A DNA stretch of 39,404 bases from NCBI GenBank assembly GCA_021161765.1, contig JAGGZZ010000081.1, positions 1-39,404 on the forward strand, given 5' to 3'. The position numbers were made by a program, and so were the translations under genes. Below, in pieces: positions 30,234 to 39,210 of this stretch. The DNA is from Candidatus Methanophagales archaeon (GTDB lineage: Archaea > Halobacteriota > Syntropharchaeia > Alkanophagales > Methanospirareceae). Positions within the stretch are counted from its first letter, which is position 1, and the number at the start of each line of letters is the position of its first letter. The notes beneath the pieces were generated by a model. That model searched no databases, had not been told where the DNA came from, and saw nothing but the letters and a program-made list of their open reading frames with translations.

Positions 30234-31130
30234 ATGGTGGATAAATTCAATGAAAATGCGAATGTATTAGCCGCTGAATATTGGAGATTAGAAAAAATAA
30301 CTGCTGATAAAGCGAGTGATGACAGGTTAGACGAGATAGAAGAGCTATTGGAAAAGGGGATAGGGGGAAAGCTAAGGGAGAAGCTGGATGCCGAAGCGAA
30401 GCAGCTGAGAAAGGAGAAGGAAGACAGAAGCAGTGCCGTTTTGAAGGTAGAAGAGGTTAAAAAGGAGCTATTAGAGCTAACTGCGGATTTTGCTCCTAAT
30501 CTTGACTCCTTTGATGGGACTTGCTTTCCCTACGATAGCGAGCATGAGCCGATTTCTGAAGCTTATTTCTCCGCTCTTACTAACAGCTTTCTTGGCAAAC
30601 CACAGCCAAGTATTCAATTTAAAGAGGCCACTTTTTCTACGGCTGGCATAGAAATTCACTCTGAGGAGAATTCGCCTTTGAAGGTTCTGGGGTATATAAT
30701 AATGATAATACAGGAGGCAGCGAAGCACATGCTCGGTATGGAAAACAAAATAGACAAGAGCTATATGCTGCTCAAACAGAATGGATACGCTCTTAGTGCA
30801 CTGGAAACGTTGATTAAAGAGGGGAGGAGACTGCGGATAAAGGAAATAAAAGATATTTCTCACCACGAAGACAAGGAATATAAAGAGCTTGTAAGTGATG
30901 ATACCTACGACAAAGAGCTTGTTAATGGCGTTGTATATTTAGTAAGCGGTGAGAGAGGGTATAACCTGGCGAAGGAATATGACGGTGAATACGAAGCGAC
31001 AGATTTTGGCGAATGGGTATGGCGAATTTGTAACAACGAGGTGAGCAAAGAGGAAGGGTTAGGGAAAAGAAAAAGTATTTCCGATTCAAGCTCGAATATT
31101 CATAAGATGCTGAAATTCTTTAAGAAGTGA
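30234..31130 (+). CDS. Hypothetical protein (charged coiled-coil N-part, possible winged-helix-like C-part)
   Basis: This is an ORF of about 298 aa. ATG 30234 is preceded by GGAGAGAGGGGG (the track start at 30228 is GTG). No family was recognised. Confidence 0.5.
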   Translation: MVDKFNENANVLAAEYWRLEKITADKASDDRLDEIEELLEKGIGGKLREKLDAEAKQLRKEKEDRSSAVLKVEEVKKELLELTADFAPNLDSFDGTCFPYDSEHEPISEAYFSALTNSFLGKPQPSIQFKEATFSTAGIEIHSEENSPLKVLGYIIMIIQEAAKHMLGMENKIDKSYMLLKQNGYALSALETLIKEGRRLRIKEIKDISHHEDKEYKELVSDDTYDKELVNGVVYLVSGERGYNLAKEYDGEYEATDFGEWVWRICNNEVSKEEGLGKRKSISDSSSNIHKMLKFFKK

Positions 31131-31178
31131 AAAAACAAAAAAAACAAAAATTAAAAATAAAAGGTGAGGGGGGAAGAG

Positions 31179-31898
31179 ATGAGAGCGGAGCAGGAGAAGG
31201 AAAAAGTGGGGAGGGAAAAAGCTGTTGCCTACTTGCGGTCCCGGTTATTTCCGTGGAATTTTGTTTTTGAGCCGGTTGAAGAGGATGCGATAAAACATTT
31301 TGTCCGCTATGCAATCCAAATTTGTGAGGAGAAGGGGATAGAGAAGGGGACGATATCCGTCAGTAAAGATGACGTAAAAGAATTGATTACAAAGGAGGTA
31401 AAAGAGGCAGTGAACGAGTACCTATTTGACGTAGATGGAGGGGATATGACGAGGATACACGGTAAATTTGCCGTTAGCTATCCCTTTGCGTTCGCCCAAT
31501 GTTTGGTGCACACCATTTTATATCGGCTTGGACTCGAGCTGGAAGATGTAGTGGATGTAAAAGCGATAGGCGATTTATTAGGGCAGGATGTAGAAGAGAT
31601 AAGAAGGAGTGAGCCGTTTATCAGGAATTTAATATCCAAGCGCGGAAAAGGAGCGATGAAGATGTTTGGTAAATCTATTTTGGATAGAAAGATTATAACG
31701 GCAGGAGGGGAGTACATAGGGAACGTGGGGGATATTGTTTTTGAAATCGAAACGGGAAAGGTAGGGGGGTTAATAGTAAATCAGCAAAAACAAAAAGGCG
31801 CAGACAGGGATTTGGAAAAGGGCAGAATATCCATGCACGATGTGCGTTTAAATATGTACAGTAAAAATGTTGTTCTAAAATATTCAAGCTATAAATGA
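31179..31898 (+). CDS. Protein with C-terminal PRC-barrel domain
   Basis: The C-terminal GKSILDRKIITAGGEYIGNVGDIVFEIETGKVGGLIV...ISMHDV...NVVL matches the PRC-barrel pattern. The N-terminal region of about 165 aa is unassigned. ATG 31179 is preceded by GGTGAGGGGGG. Confidence 0.6.
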   Translation: MRAEQEKEKVGREKAVAYLRSRLFPWNFVFEPVEEDAIKHFVRYAIQICEEKGIEKGTISVSKDDVKELITKEVKEAVNEYLFDVDGGDMTRIHGKFAVSYPFAFAQCLVHTILYRLGLELEDVVDVKAIGDLLGQDVEEIRRSEPFIRNLISKRGKGAMKMFGKSILDRKIITAGGEYIGNVGDIVFEIETGKVGGLIVNQQKQKGADRDLEKGRISMHDVRLNMYSKNVVLKYSSYK

Positions 31899-31990
31899 AT
31901 ATTTATTATAATTATATACGATAGGACACTGCAAAATAACATATAACATATAAAGTACAATAAATTAGAAAGGGGGAAAGGAGAAACAAA

Positions 31991-33142
31991 ATGCGGGTAT
32001 TTATGATAGGCTATGGACAAGCGGGAGGCAGAGTTGCAGACGCATTTTTGGAATTTGCAAAGCGAACGGGGCAGAATTTTGTGATTAATGCCGTGGCTAT
32101 TAATACAGCGAAATCCGATTTGATGGGGCTAAAGAACATCCCAATGGAAGACCGGGTGCTTATAGGCGAGGCATTGGCGAAAGGGCATGGAATAGGGGCA
32201 GATAACGAATTAGGGGCGAAGGTTGCCACTGATGAAATTTATACCATACAAACGGAGATAGATAAACGAGGGACACATCAGGTGGATGCGTTTCTGGTAA
32301 TTGCGGGCTTAGGAGGTGGAACAGGTTCGGGAGGTGCCCCCGTGCTGGCAAGAAGGCTGAAGAAATTATATGAAGAGCCGGTTTACGGGCTGGGGATATT
32401 ACCGGCGAAGGGTGAGGGAAGTTTATACTCTTTAAACGCTGCACGGAGTCTGATGACGTTCATGAATGAGGTTGACAATCTTTTCCTTTTCGATAATGAT
32501 GCGTGGAAGACAGGAGGAGAGACGGTAAAAGAGGCATATAGGGACATAAACGAGGAGATAGTGAGGAGATTCGGAATTTTGTTTGGTGCGGGGGAAGCGA
32601 ATGAAGTAGGGCAGATGGTGGTAGATGCTGCGGAGATAATGAACACGCTTAAAGGAGGCGGAATATCCACAATTGGCTATGCTGCGGAAGGCATAGAGCG
32701 AAAAGGAGGATTAAAGAAGCTTTTCAGGAAGAAGAGGACGATGGATACGCTGGATTCAGTTACAAGGATTACTTCTTTGACAAGGAGAGCAGTAGCAGGC
32801 AGATTAACGATTCCGTGTGAACCGTCAAGTGCGGAAAGGGCATTGATAATAGCAGCGGGACCACCGGAGGAGTTAAGCAGGAAGGGGATGGAGAAATCGA
32901 AGGAACGGATAGAGGAGATGATAAGAGGAACGGAAGTAAGAGGCGGTGATTTCCCGGTTGTAAAGAGTGAACATGTGGCGACAATTGTGCTCTTTTCCGG
33001 TGTATCTGATATACCAAGAATAAAAGAGCTACAGGAAATGGGAGCAGAAGCACAGGAGACATTAAAAGAGGTGACAAGTGAGAAGGAGCGAGAATATCAG
33101 GAATTAATGGATACAAACGGGAATATAAAGCCTTTGTTCTGA
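31991..33142 (+). CDS. cetZ: Tubulin/FtsZ-superfamily protein of the CetZ type
   Basis: The translation MRVFMIGYGQAGGRVADAFLEF...AINTAKSDLMGL...GHGIGADNELGA...AGLGGGTGSGGAPVLARRLKKLYEEPVYGLGILP...FDNDAW tracks the haloarchaeal CetZ pattern closely. Confidence 0.85.
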   Translation: MRVFMIGYGQAGGRVADAFLEFAKRTGQNFVINAVAINTAKSDLMGLKNIPMEDRVLIGEALAKGHGIGADNELGAKVATDEIYTIQTEIDKRGTHQVDAFLVIAGLGGGTGSGGAPVLARRLKKLYEEPVYGLGILPAKGEGSLYSLNAARSLMTFMNEVDNLFLFDNDAWKTGGETVKEAYRDINEEIVRRFGILFGAGEANEVGQMVVDAAEIMNTLKGGGISTIGYAAEGIERKGGLKKLFRKKRTMDTLDSVTRITSLTRRAVAGRLTIPCEPSSAERALIIAAGPPEELSRKGMEKSKERIEEMIRGTEVRGGDFPVVKSEHVATIVLFSGVSDIPRIKELQEMGAEAQETLKEVTSEKEREYQELMDTNGNIKPLF

Positions 33143-33156
33143 GGTGAGATAGGAGG

Positions 33157-34008
33157 ATGAGAATAACGTTGACAAAGGAATTATTATTTTCATTAATATT
33201 GGCGTTTTTTTTGATGTCGCTATGCATGAGCGTAAGCGGGGTTGTTGCGAAAGAGCCAACTACCTTACAGAAATCCCCTTTCGTGACCGCGGAAATAAAG
33301 AATATAGATTATGACGAGGTATATGGAACTGGAATGGTAAAAAATGGCAGTGAAGTTTCCATAAAAGTTGTTTTAACTAATATTAGCAAAGAAATAGACA
33401 AATCAACACTTATTTTTTATTCAGAATTGGTAGGAGCAAAAGGGCTTATAATGGAGGAGGGACTCAAAAGCGGCAGTCCTTACACATTGGAACACAAGGA
33501 AGTGGAAGAAGAAGTTGTAGTAATTTGGTCGGGGACAGCACCGGAAGTGAGGAAGAGAACGCCATGCCTTTTGCTAAACATAACGCAGGAGACAACGGAG
33601 GAGAAATATTTGGTGGTAGATATAAAAAAGGATGTGACATCCGAGATAAGTGAGTCGGCTATAATCGCAATAGATGAAGCACGAGAAAAGTTAAACAGTG
33701 CGAATTGGACTATTGCTAACGCTACAGAAAAAGGAATTGACGTATCCGAAGCAGATACGACTTTTGAAACGGCCAGTTTGTATTTTAAAGATGCTAAAGA
33801 GGCCTATTGGGACGGGTGGCCAAAAGAGTCGATAGAAGCAGCAACAAACGCTTCTTATTATGCCGAGCTTGCGAAACAAAAAGCCGAATCGGCAGTTGGC
33901 GCTAAAAAGCATCTGAGTTATGGTGGTCTGGCTGTAGTGGCGATTATCGCAATAGTGGTAATTGTATTTTTAAATAGAGCAAGGCGAAGAAAACGAGGCG
34001 TATATTGA
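33157..34008 (+). CDS. Exported protein with signal peptide and C-terminal TM anchor
   Basis: It has an N-terminal hydrophobic leader ending ...MSVSGVVA and a C-terminal GGLAVVAIIAIVVIVFL followed by a basic tail RARRRKRG. It starts 14 nt after cetZ. Confidence 0.6.
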   Translation: MRITLTKELLFSLILAFFLMSLCMSVSGVVAKEPTTLQKSPFVTAEIKNIDYDEVYGTGMVKNGSEVSIKVVLTNISKEIDKSTLIFYSELVGAKGLIMEEGLKSGSPYTLEHKEVEEEVVVIWSGTAPEVRKRTPCLLLNITQETTEEKYLVVDIKKDVTSEISESAIIAIDEAREKLNSANWTIANATEKGIDVSEADTTFETASLYFKDAKEAYWDGWPKESIEAATNASYYAELAKQKAESAVGAKKHLSYGGLAVVAIIAIVVIVFLNRARRRKRGVY

Positions 34009-34023
34009 GAAACTCCAATAATG

Positions 34024-34180
34024 AACCACGAGATTCCACAGATTAACACAGATGATAAAAATCAACATGGTTAAACTATAAAAGAAAAGGCAAAAAAGTT
34101 TTCTTTGGGATCTCGTGAAATAAACCCTTTCAGGGTTTTCGGGGACGTGGGCAGAGCCCACGATGTGTAATCTGGTGGTT
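34024..34180 (+). repeat. Composite intergenic element, copy H (divergent second arm)
   Basis: AACCACGAGATTCCACAGATTAACACAGATGATAAAAATCAACATGGTTAAACTATAAAAG ... CACGATGTGTAATCTGGTGGTT. It lies between convergent 3' ends. Confidence 0.7.
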
Positions 34181-34187
34181 AATTCAT

Positions 34188-35312
34188 TCATGCTTTCAAA
34201 ATGCTCTTTATCTCTTCCATTCTCGCGTTCGTCTTAAATGCGGTATCTGAAAAATGCGTTCTGCTCGCGGAGAACCCACTTGACTGTAAAGCATTAATTA
34301 ACGACGAAATGGAAGAAGGAGGAACTTTTAACGCCTTGCATATCGCGTGATGCTCATAAAAAAAAGGTATATCCAACTCATTTATAGATGTCTCAACGAT
34401 TTTCATTGCTTCTTTCTTTTTACCCAGTGTTCTTTTCCCCAGTTCGTTATGCACCCGTTCGCAAAAACCTTTCTGTTTTATTGTATTTATGTATAAAGGA
34501 CCGGCAATATGTATTTTCGCACCACATACCTCGCATTTCTTCTCTACTTTCAGTTCCATCAGGTCGGAGCACGAAAACGCGAACCGGTTGCCGCAGGAGA
34601 AGCAATGCGCGATAAACCCAAGCCGTTTCATACAGTCATCGGCTTTTTTCGCCCCTTTTTCCACCCGTGCTATGAGCCTTACGAAATGCGCCTTGGAATA
34701 AGATAGCAGCGGCTGTATCGCCTTGTCATACTTGCACAGGTCTCTCGTTACTTTACCCAAGAGAATACGAGTTGCCATCTCCTTATGATATTCGGTGTTA
34801 AGAGGCTTCGCATCATATTTCCTCAAGCCACCAGAATGAGCTCCGCATAAGGGTGCGGTATCTGTCGCAGTAATGAGCAATAGCTTCTTCGCCGATTTAC
34901 ATGCGGCATCCAGAAATGGAACTGGCGTGCCAAAGGGGTCTAAGTCCACCAGGTCATACTTATTCTGAAGTAGAAGCACATTTGCATTCTCGTTATACGC
35001 CTTCGCTCTTTCTTCAACGGCATTCCGCTTTATGTTTCGGTTTATGACTTCGTAAGCGGAGCTGCTTCGGTCGTTAATAACCACGCGTAAGCCAACTTCT
35101 TTTGCCACTCTAACGCCTCTCACGCCCGTAGCTGCAAGCGCATCTATGTATGTCAGAGGTATCTTTTGTGAAGGCAGAGAGGAAACAAAAGCAGCTATTC
35201 CCGCTATGTCTATGTCCCTGCACAATTCCATCAGCGGGTTATAAAAAATTGACTTTGTAGTTTGTGTCGGTATTAATATCCTCGTGGTTCCCTCTTTTAC
35301 CTCTGAAAACAT
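34188..35312 (-). CDS. trm1: tRNA (guanine(26)-N2)-dimethyltransferase
   Basis: It has the DALAATGVRGVR and VDLDPFGTP SAM-methyltransferase motifs and a C-terminal Cys cluster (CFSCGN...CEVCG). Confidence 0.85.
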   Translation of the reverse strand: MFSEVKEGTTRILIPTQTTKSIFYNPLMELCRDIDIAGIAAFVSSLPSQKIPLTYIDALAATGVRGVRVAKEVGLRVVINDRSSSAYEVINRNIKRNAVEERAKAYNENANVLLLQNKYDLVDLDPFGTPVPFLDAACKSAKKLLLITATDTAPLCGAHSGGLRKYDAKPLNTEYHKEMATRILLGKVTRDLCKYDKAIQPLLSYSKAHFVRLIARVEKGAKKADDCMKRLGFIAHCFSCGNRFAFSCSDLMELKVEKKCEVCGAKIHIAGPLYINTIKQKGFCERVHNELGKRTLGKKKEAMKIVETSINELDIPFFYEHHAICKALKVPPSSISSLINALQSSGFSASRTHFSDTAFKTNARMEEIKSILKA

Positions 35313-35411
35313 TTGTTTTACATTATCTTTTAAAGCACCAAAATTATATGATTTCGTAACGTAAGCGTTAACGTTAATGCAGAGAAGGAGTGGAGATAAG
35401 GGACAGACACA

Positions 35412-36950
35412 ATGAAAAAAAACGGAGGCGGTTTGCTGGGCGACATAAGGGTAATGGCAGTGATATTGTGCGTTTTTGCCGCTTTGATTGTCATCTATGT
35501 TTATCCGCCACCGCCTGCGGACGCAGGGATAAACGGGAACCTGAGATATGGCCTGGATTTGGTAGGCGGGAGTTCGTTGCAGTTGAAGTTAGAGGGGACG
35601 CTTGTTAAGATAAATACAACGTCTGTTAATGAGAGTGAAGTAGTTGAGTTTCTTGAAGAGGAGTTAGATACGGAGGTAACGCCTTACAAAGATGATGGCG
35701 GAGTGGTGTATGAGATAAGGAAGAGCGTTACAAAAGAGCAGATGTTGGAAGTGTTAAAAGGGATTAACGGTAGTATAGCGAAGAAACCAACCGGTGAGGA
35801 CTTCTTTGAGGATTCTATAACTCGGGCGACACGGGATGAAACACGTCGGATAATAGAGACAAAAATAAACATGCTGGGATTAGCGAGCACTACGATAAGA
35901 ACGGTTGGCGATAACCTCATGATTATAGACTTGGCAGGCATAGATATTCGAACGGCGAGGGACATGGTGGGCAAACCGGGGAAGTTTGAGATACGGATAC
36001 AGACGAATGGAACGGAAGGGGACATAGTGAAAGGGCAAAACTTGACGGATATTGAGAATATCACGGCTCATGTCATGTATGGCAGCGCGGGGATAGAAAG
36101 TGTAGGGACAACGCCAACGAGCGAGATGGGGAAAGGGCCTGAAGGGGAGTATGAGGAATGGGGGGCACCTTTTGCGTTAAATGAGGAAGGGGCAACCGCA
36201 TTACGAGATTCTGCGATTGCGTTCGGTGCCGTAGATAATCCAGGGGACCACGAACTGGCAATGCTGCTTGACGACGAAGTGGTGTACAGTGCACCGATAG
36301 CGGAGGAGGCTTGCGAGAAACTGAAAGAAGGGGTTATTTACCGGTGGACTGCGAACACGGGGTCAGAAGAGGAAGGGAGAAAGAAGGCAAGAGAATTAAT
36401 AATACACCTGAAAGCAGGTGCGTTACCGGTAAACGTGGATATAGTAGGTTCAGGAGAAGTGCCCGCATATTTAGGAGCGAAATTCAAGAAGGGCGCGTTA
36501 ATAGCGGGCTTGCTTGCTCTTATTTCCGTTACGGGGGTCGTTTTCCTGCGATACCGGGAGCCTAAGATAGTATTGCCGATGTTTTTCGCACTTTTCAGTG
36601 AAGTGATACTGATATTAGGGTTCGCAGCGGTGATACACTGGCAGTTGGATTTACCAAGCATTGCGGGGATAATAGCGGTAATCGGCACGGGAGTGGACCA
36701 GTTGGTAATAATAACGGACGAAGTGCTTTCCGGGGGTCGTTCTTCCGCGAAAATGTATCGTAAGCGAATAGACTTTGCATTTGGTATAATATTCGTTTCT
36801 GCGACGACCACTATCGTGGCGATGCTTGCACTCGCGTTGATGGCGCTTGGCACGCTGCGGGGTTTTGCGATTGTAACCATCGTCGGGCTGCTGTTCGGGA
36901 TTTTTATTACGCGACCCGCTTATGCGCGGGTGATAGAAACGATAGTATAG
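35412..36950 (+). CDS. secD: Protein-export membrane protein SecD
   Basis: The 512-aa product has an N-terminal TM, a large periplasmic-type domain (LRYGLDLVGGSSL...) and a C-terminal six-TM bundle with GTGVDQLVIITD. Confidence 0.8.
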   Translation: MKKNGGGLLGDIRVMAVILCVFAALIVIYVYPPPPADAGINGNLRYGLDLVGGSSLQLKLEGTLVKINTTSVNESEVVEFLEEELDTEVTPYKDDGGVVYEIRKSVTKEQMLEVLKGINGSIAKKPTGEDFFEDSITRATRDETRRIIETKINMLGLASTTIRTVGDNLMIIDLAGIDIRTARDMVGKPGKFEIRIQTNGTEGDIVKGQNLTDIENITAHVMYGSAGIESVGTTPTSEMGKGPEGEYEEWGAPFALNEEGATALRDSAIAFGAVDNPGDHELAMLLDDEVVYSAPIAEEACEKLKEGVIYRWTANTGSEEEGRKKARELIIHLKAGALPVNVDIVGSGEVPAYLGAKFKKGALIAGLLALISVTGVVFLRYREPKIVLPMFFALFSEVILILGFAAVIHWQLDLPSIAGIIAVIGTGVDQLVIITDEVLSGGRSSAKMYRKRIDFAFGIIFVSATTTIVAMLALALMALGTLRGFAIVTIVGLLFGIFITRPAYARVIETIV

Positions 36951-36953
36951 AGC

Positions 36954-37003
36954 AAGAAAATAAATTGTTGACACAGATTAACGCAGATTAACACAGATAG
37001 ACG
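36954..37003 (+). repeat. Composite intergenic element, copy I (first arm only)
   Basis: GAAAATAAATTGTTGACACAGATTAACGCAGATTAACACAGATAGACGG starts 4 nt after the secD stop. No second arm is present. Confidence 0.8.
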
Positions 37004-37049
37004 GCAAAAATATTTCTTTAGCAAAAGTTTCTTTTTAAAAGAAAAGTTT

Positions 37050-39182
37050 ATGTGCGAAATAATCGGCGTTTTTAACAACGAAAAGTCAACCGAACTCGTA
37101 ATCAAAGGTTTAGACGTGCTGAAGAAGGGCAGAGAGACAGACTTCAGAATTAGCACGGAAAAAGGCGATTGGCATTCAAAAGACCTGCAAGAATTAAAGC
37201 AGGTTGTGAAGGGAGAGAGAAGCAGGAATTGTATTGCGTGTTGTTCCTGTAACGCTTCTCTTTTAAGAAAAGGTTCAAAAGACAAGCTCGTTGCAGATGC
37301 GGAAATTTACAACAGGGGTGAATTAGACGAAAAAGCTTTTCTTTCCGATAAAAGGGTTGATGCTGCGTATGCATTTGCACATTGGATACGTGAAGGCAAT
37401 AGCGATGAGTTGTGCATAGCACGGGACATAATAGGGTTAAAACCTGTTTGCTTTGCACATGCCGATGGATTTGCGTTTGCTTCGGAGAAAAAAGGGTTGG
37501 AAGCGATGGGATTTCCGCATGCATGGGTGCTTGACCCGCGAGTGCTGCTAAGATATGACGTACGGGAAGACAGGTTGCGTTTCGTGAAACGAGATTTTTT
37601 TGACCCTGAACCCGAGCTAAAGGAGGACAAGGAGAAGCAAAAAGGGGATTTGCTGCACTTGCTGCGAGCGAGTATTTCGAGAAGGATACCCTCACAGTCG
37701 GGAGATAAATTTGGCGTGCTCTTCTCAGGCGGGTTGGATTCTACACTCATCGCGTATTTATGCAAGGATTTGGGTGCTGATTTTGTCTGTTATACCGTGG
37801 CGGTAGAGGAGCCAGGAATGAAGGAAGCGGAGGATTTACGATTTGCGGAGCGTTTTGCAGCGGATTTGGGTGTTGAGTGGAAACAAAAGAAGATGCGGGT
37901 TAAGGAACTCGAGAAATATGTCAAAGAAGTCGTTCCCGTGATTGAGGATACGGACGTTATGATGACGAGTGTAGCGTTGCCTTTATACGTAGCATGCGAG
38001 TTTGCGAAAGAAGATTGCGGCATAAAAACGGTTCTTTACGGACTGGGCGCGGAGGAGCTATTTGCAGGCTACGAAAGACACAGACGAGTAAAGAAGGAAG
38101 AGTTAAATAAGGAATGTTTAGCGGGTCTGTTGAGGACACACGAGCGTGACCTTTACCGGGACGAACTGGTAGCAAAAGCACAGGGGATTTCGTTACGAGC
38201 ACCGTTTCTGGCTCCGGATATTGTGGATTACGCACTGCGAATACCCGCATCGTATAAATTGTCGCTCGATAAGACGGAGAACAAGCTGATTTTAAGGGAC
38301 ATAGCACGAGACCTGGGACTGGCGGAAGTCGCGAGCAGAAAAAAAAGAGCGGTGCAGTACGGCTCGAATTTTCTCAAGGCGATAGAAAAGCTGGCAAAGA
38401 AAAACGGGTTCAGGTATAAGAGGGATTATCTAAGAACTTTTTACGCTTCTCGAAGCGTAAAGTTAGGCTGCCTCTTCAGTTCCGGGAAGGACAGTGCTTA
38501 TGCACTCTGGCTCATGCTAAAGGAAGGCTACCCCGTAGAATGTTTAATCACGCTGAAAAGCCATAATCCTGAATCGTATATGTTCCATACACCTGCGGTA
38601 GAGCTGGTAGAGCTGCAAGCCGAAGCAATTGGCTTGCCTCTGATTATGGAAGAAACGCAAGGGGAGAAGGAAAAGGAACTGGAGGATTTAAGAGCGGCAT
38701 TGAGGGAATCGAAGATGAAATACGGAATAGAAGGGGTCATAACAGGTGCTTTACGGAGTAATTACCAGAAGGAACGAATAGAACGGGTTGCCGCGGAAGA
38801 AACCCTCAAGGCGTTCTCGCCGTTATGGCACGTAAATCAGGAAACGGAGATGCGGCTTGTGGTAAATACGTTCGAGCTGATTTTTACGGGCATCAGTGCG
38901 TACGGGTTAGACAAGAGCTGGCTTGGTAGGAGGATAACAGAAGAAGACGTTGACCGATTGGTTGCGTTGGATAAGAAAATAGCGAAGCATTTTGATCAAA
39001 CTTTCCCAAAGTTTGTTGGAATGAACATTGCAGGAGAAGGAGGCGAATTTGAATCGCTGGTGCTGGATGGACCCGCACAAATGTTCAAGAAAAGGGTTGT
39101 CATAGAGGAAAGCGAAATAGTGGAGGAGGACGCGAATACGGCGAGATTGGTGGTGAAAGAGGCGAGGCTGGTGGGGAAATAG
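37050..39182 (+). CDS. Three-domain fusion: Ntn-amidotransferase-like + asparagine-synthase-type PP-loop ATPase + Dph6/MJ0570-type (diphthine-ammonia ligase-like) PP-loop ATPase
   Basis: It begins MCEIIGVF (Cys2). SGGLDSTLIA lies at about aa 225, with AsnB-like LYGLGAEELFAGY. From about aa 480 the sequence LFSSGKDSAYALWLMLKEGY...ESYMFHT...GEKEKELEDL...GALRSNYQKERIERV...AYGLDKSWLGR...IAGEGGEFESLVLD is collinear with the MJ0570/Dph6 family. Confidence 0.8.
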   Translation: MCEIIGVFNNEKSTELVIKGLDVLKKGRETDFRISTEKGDWHSKDLQELKQVVKGERSRNCIACCSCNASLLRKGSKDKLVADAEIYNRGELDEKAFLSDKRVDAAYAFAHWIREGNSDELCIARDIIGLKPVCFAHADGFAFASEKKGLEAMGFPHAWVLDPRVLLRYDVREDRLRFVKRDFFDPEPELKEDKEKQKGDLLHLLRASISRRIPSQSGDKFGVLFSGGLDSTLIAYLCKDLGADFVCYTVAVEEPGMKEAEDLRFAERFAADLGVEWKQKKMRVKELEKYVKEVVPVIEDTDVMMTSVALPLYVACEFAKEDCGIKTVLYGLGAEELFAGYERHRRVKKEELNKECLAGLLRTHERDLYRDELVAKAQGISLRAPFLAPDIVDYALRIPASYKLSLDKTENKLILRDIARDLGLAEVASRKKRAVQYGSNFLKAIEKLAKKNGFRYKRDYLRTFYASRSVKLGCLFSSGKDSAYALWLMLKEGYPVECLITLKSHNPESYMFHTPAVELVELQAEAIGLPLIMEETQGEKEKELEDLRAALRESKMKYGIEGVITGALRSNYQKERIERVAAEETLKAFSPLWHVNQETEMRLVVNTFELIFTGISAYGLDKSWLGRRITEEDVDRLVALDKKIAKHFDQTFPKFVGMNIAGEGGEFESLVLDGPAQMFKKRVVIEESEIVEEDANTARLVVKEARLVGK

Positions 39183-39210
39183 GAAATATGGAGTTAAAAA
39201 AACCACGAGA

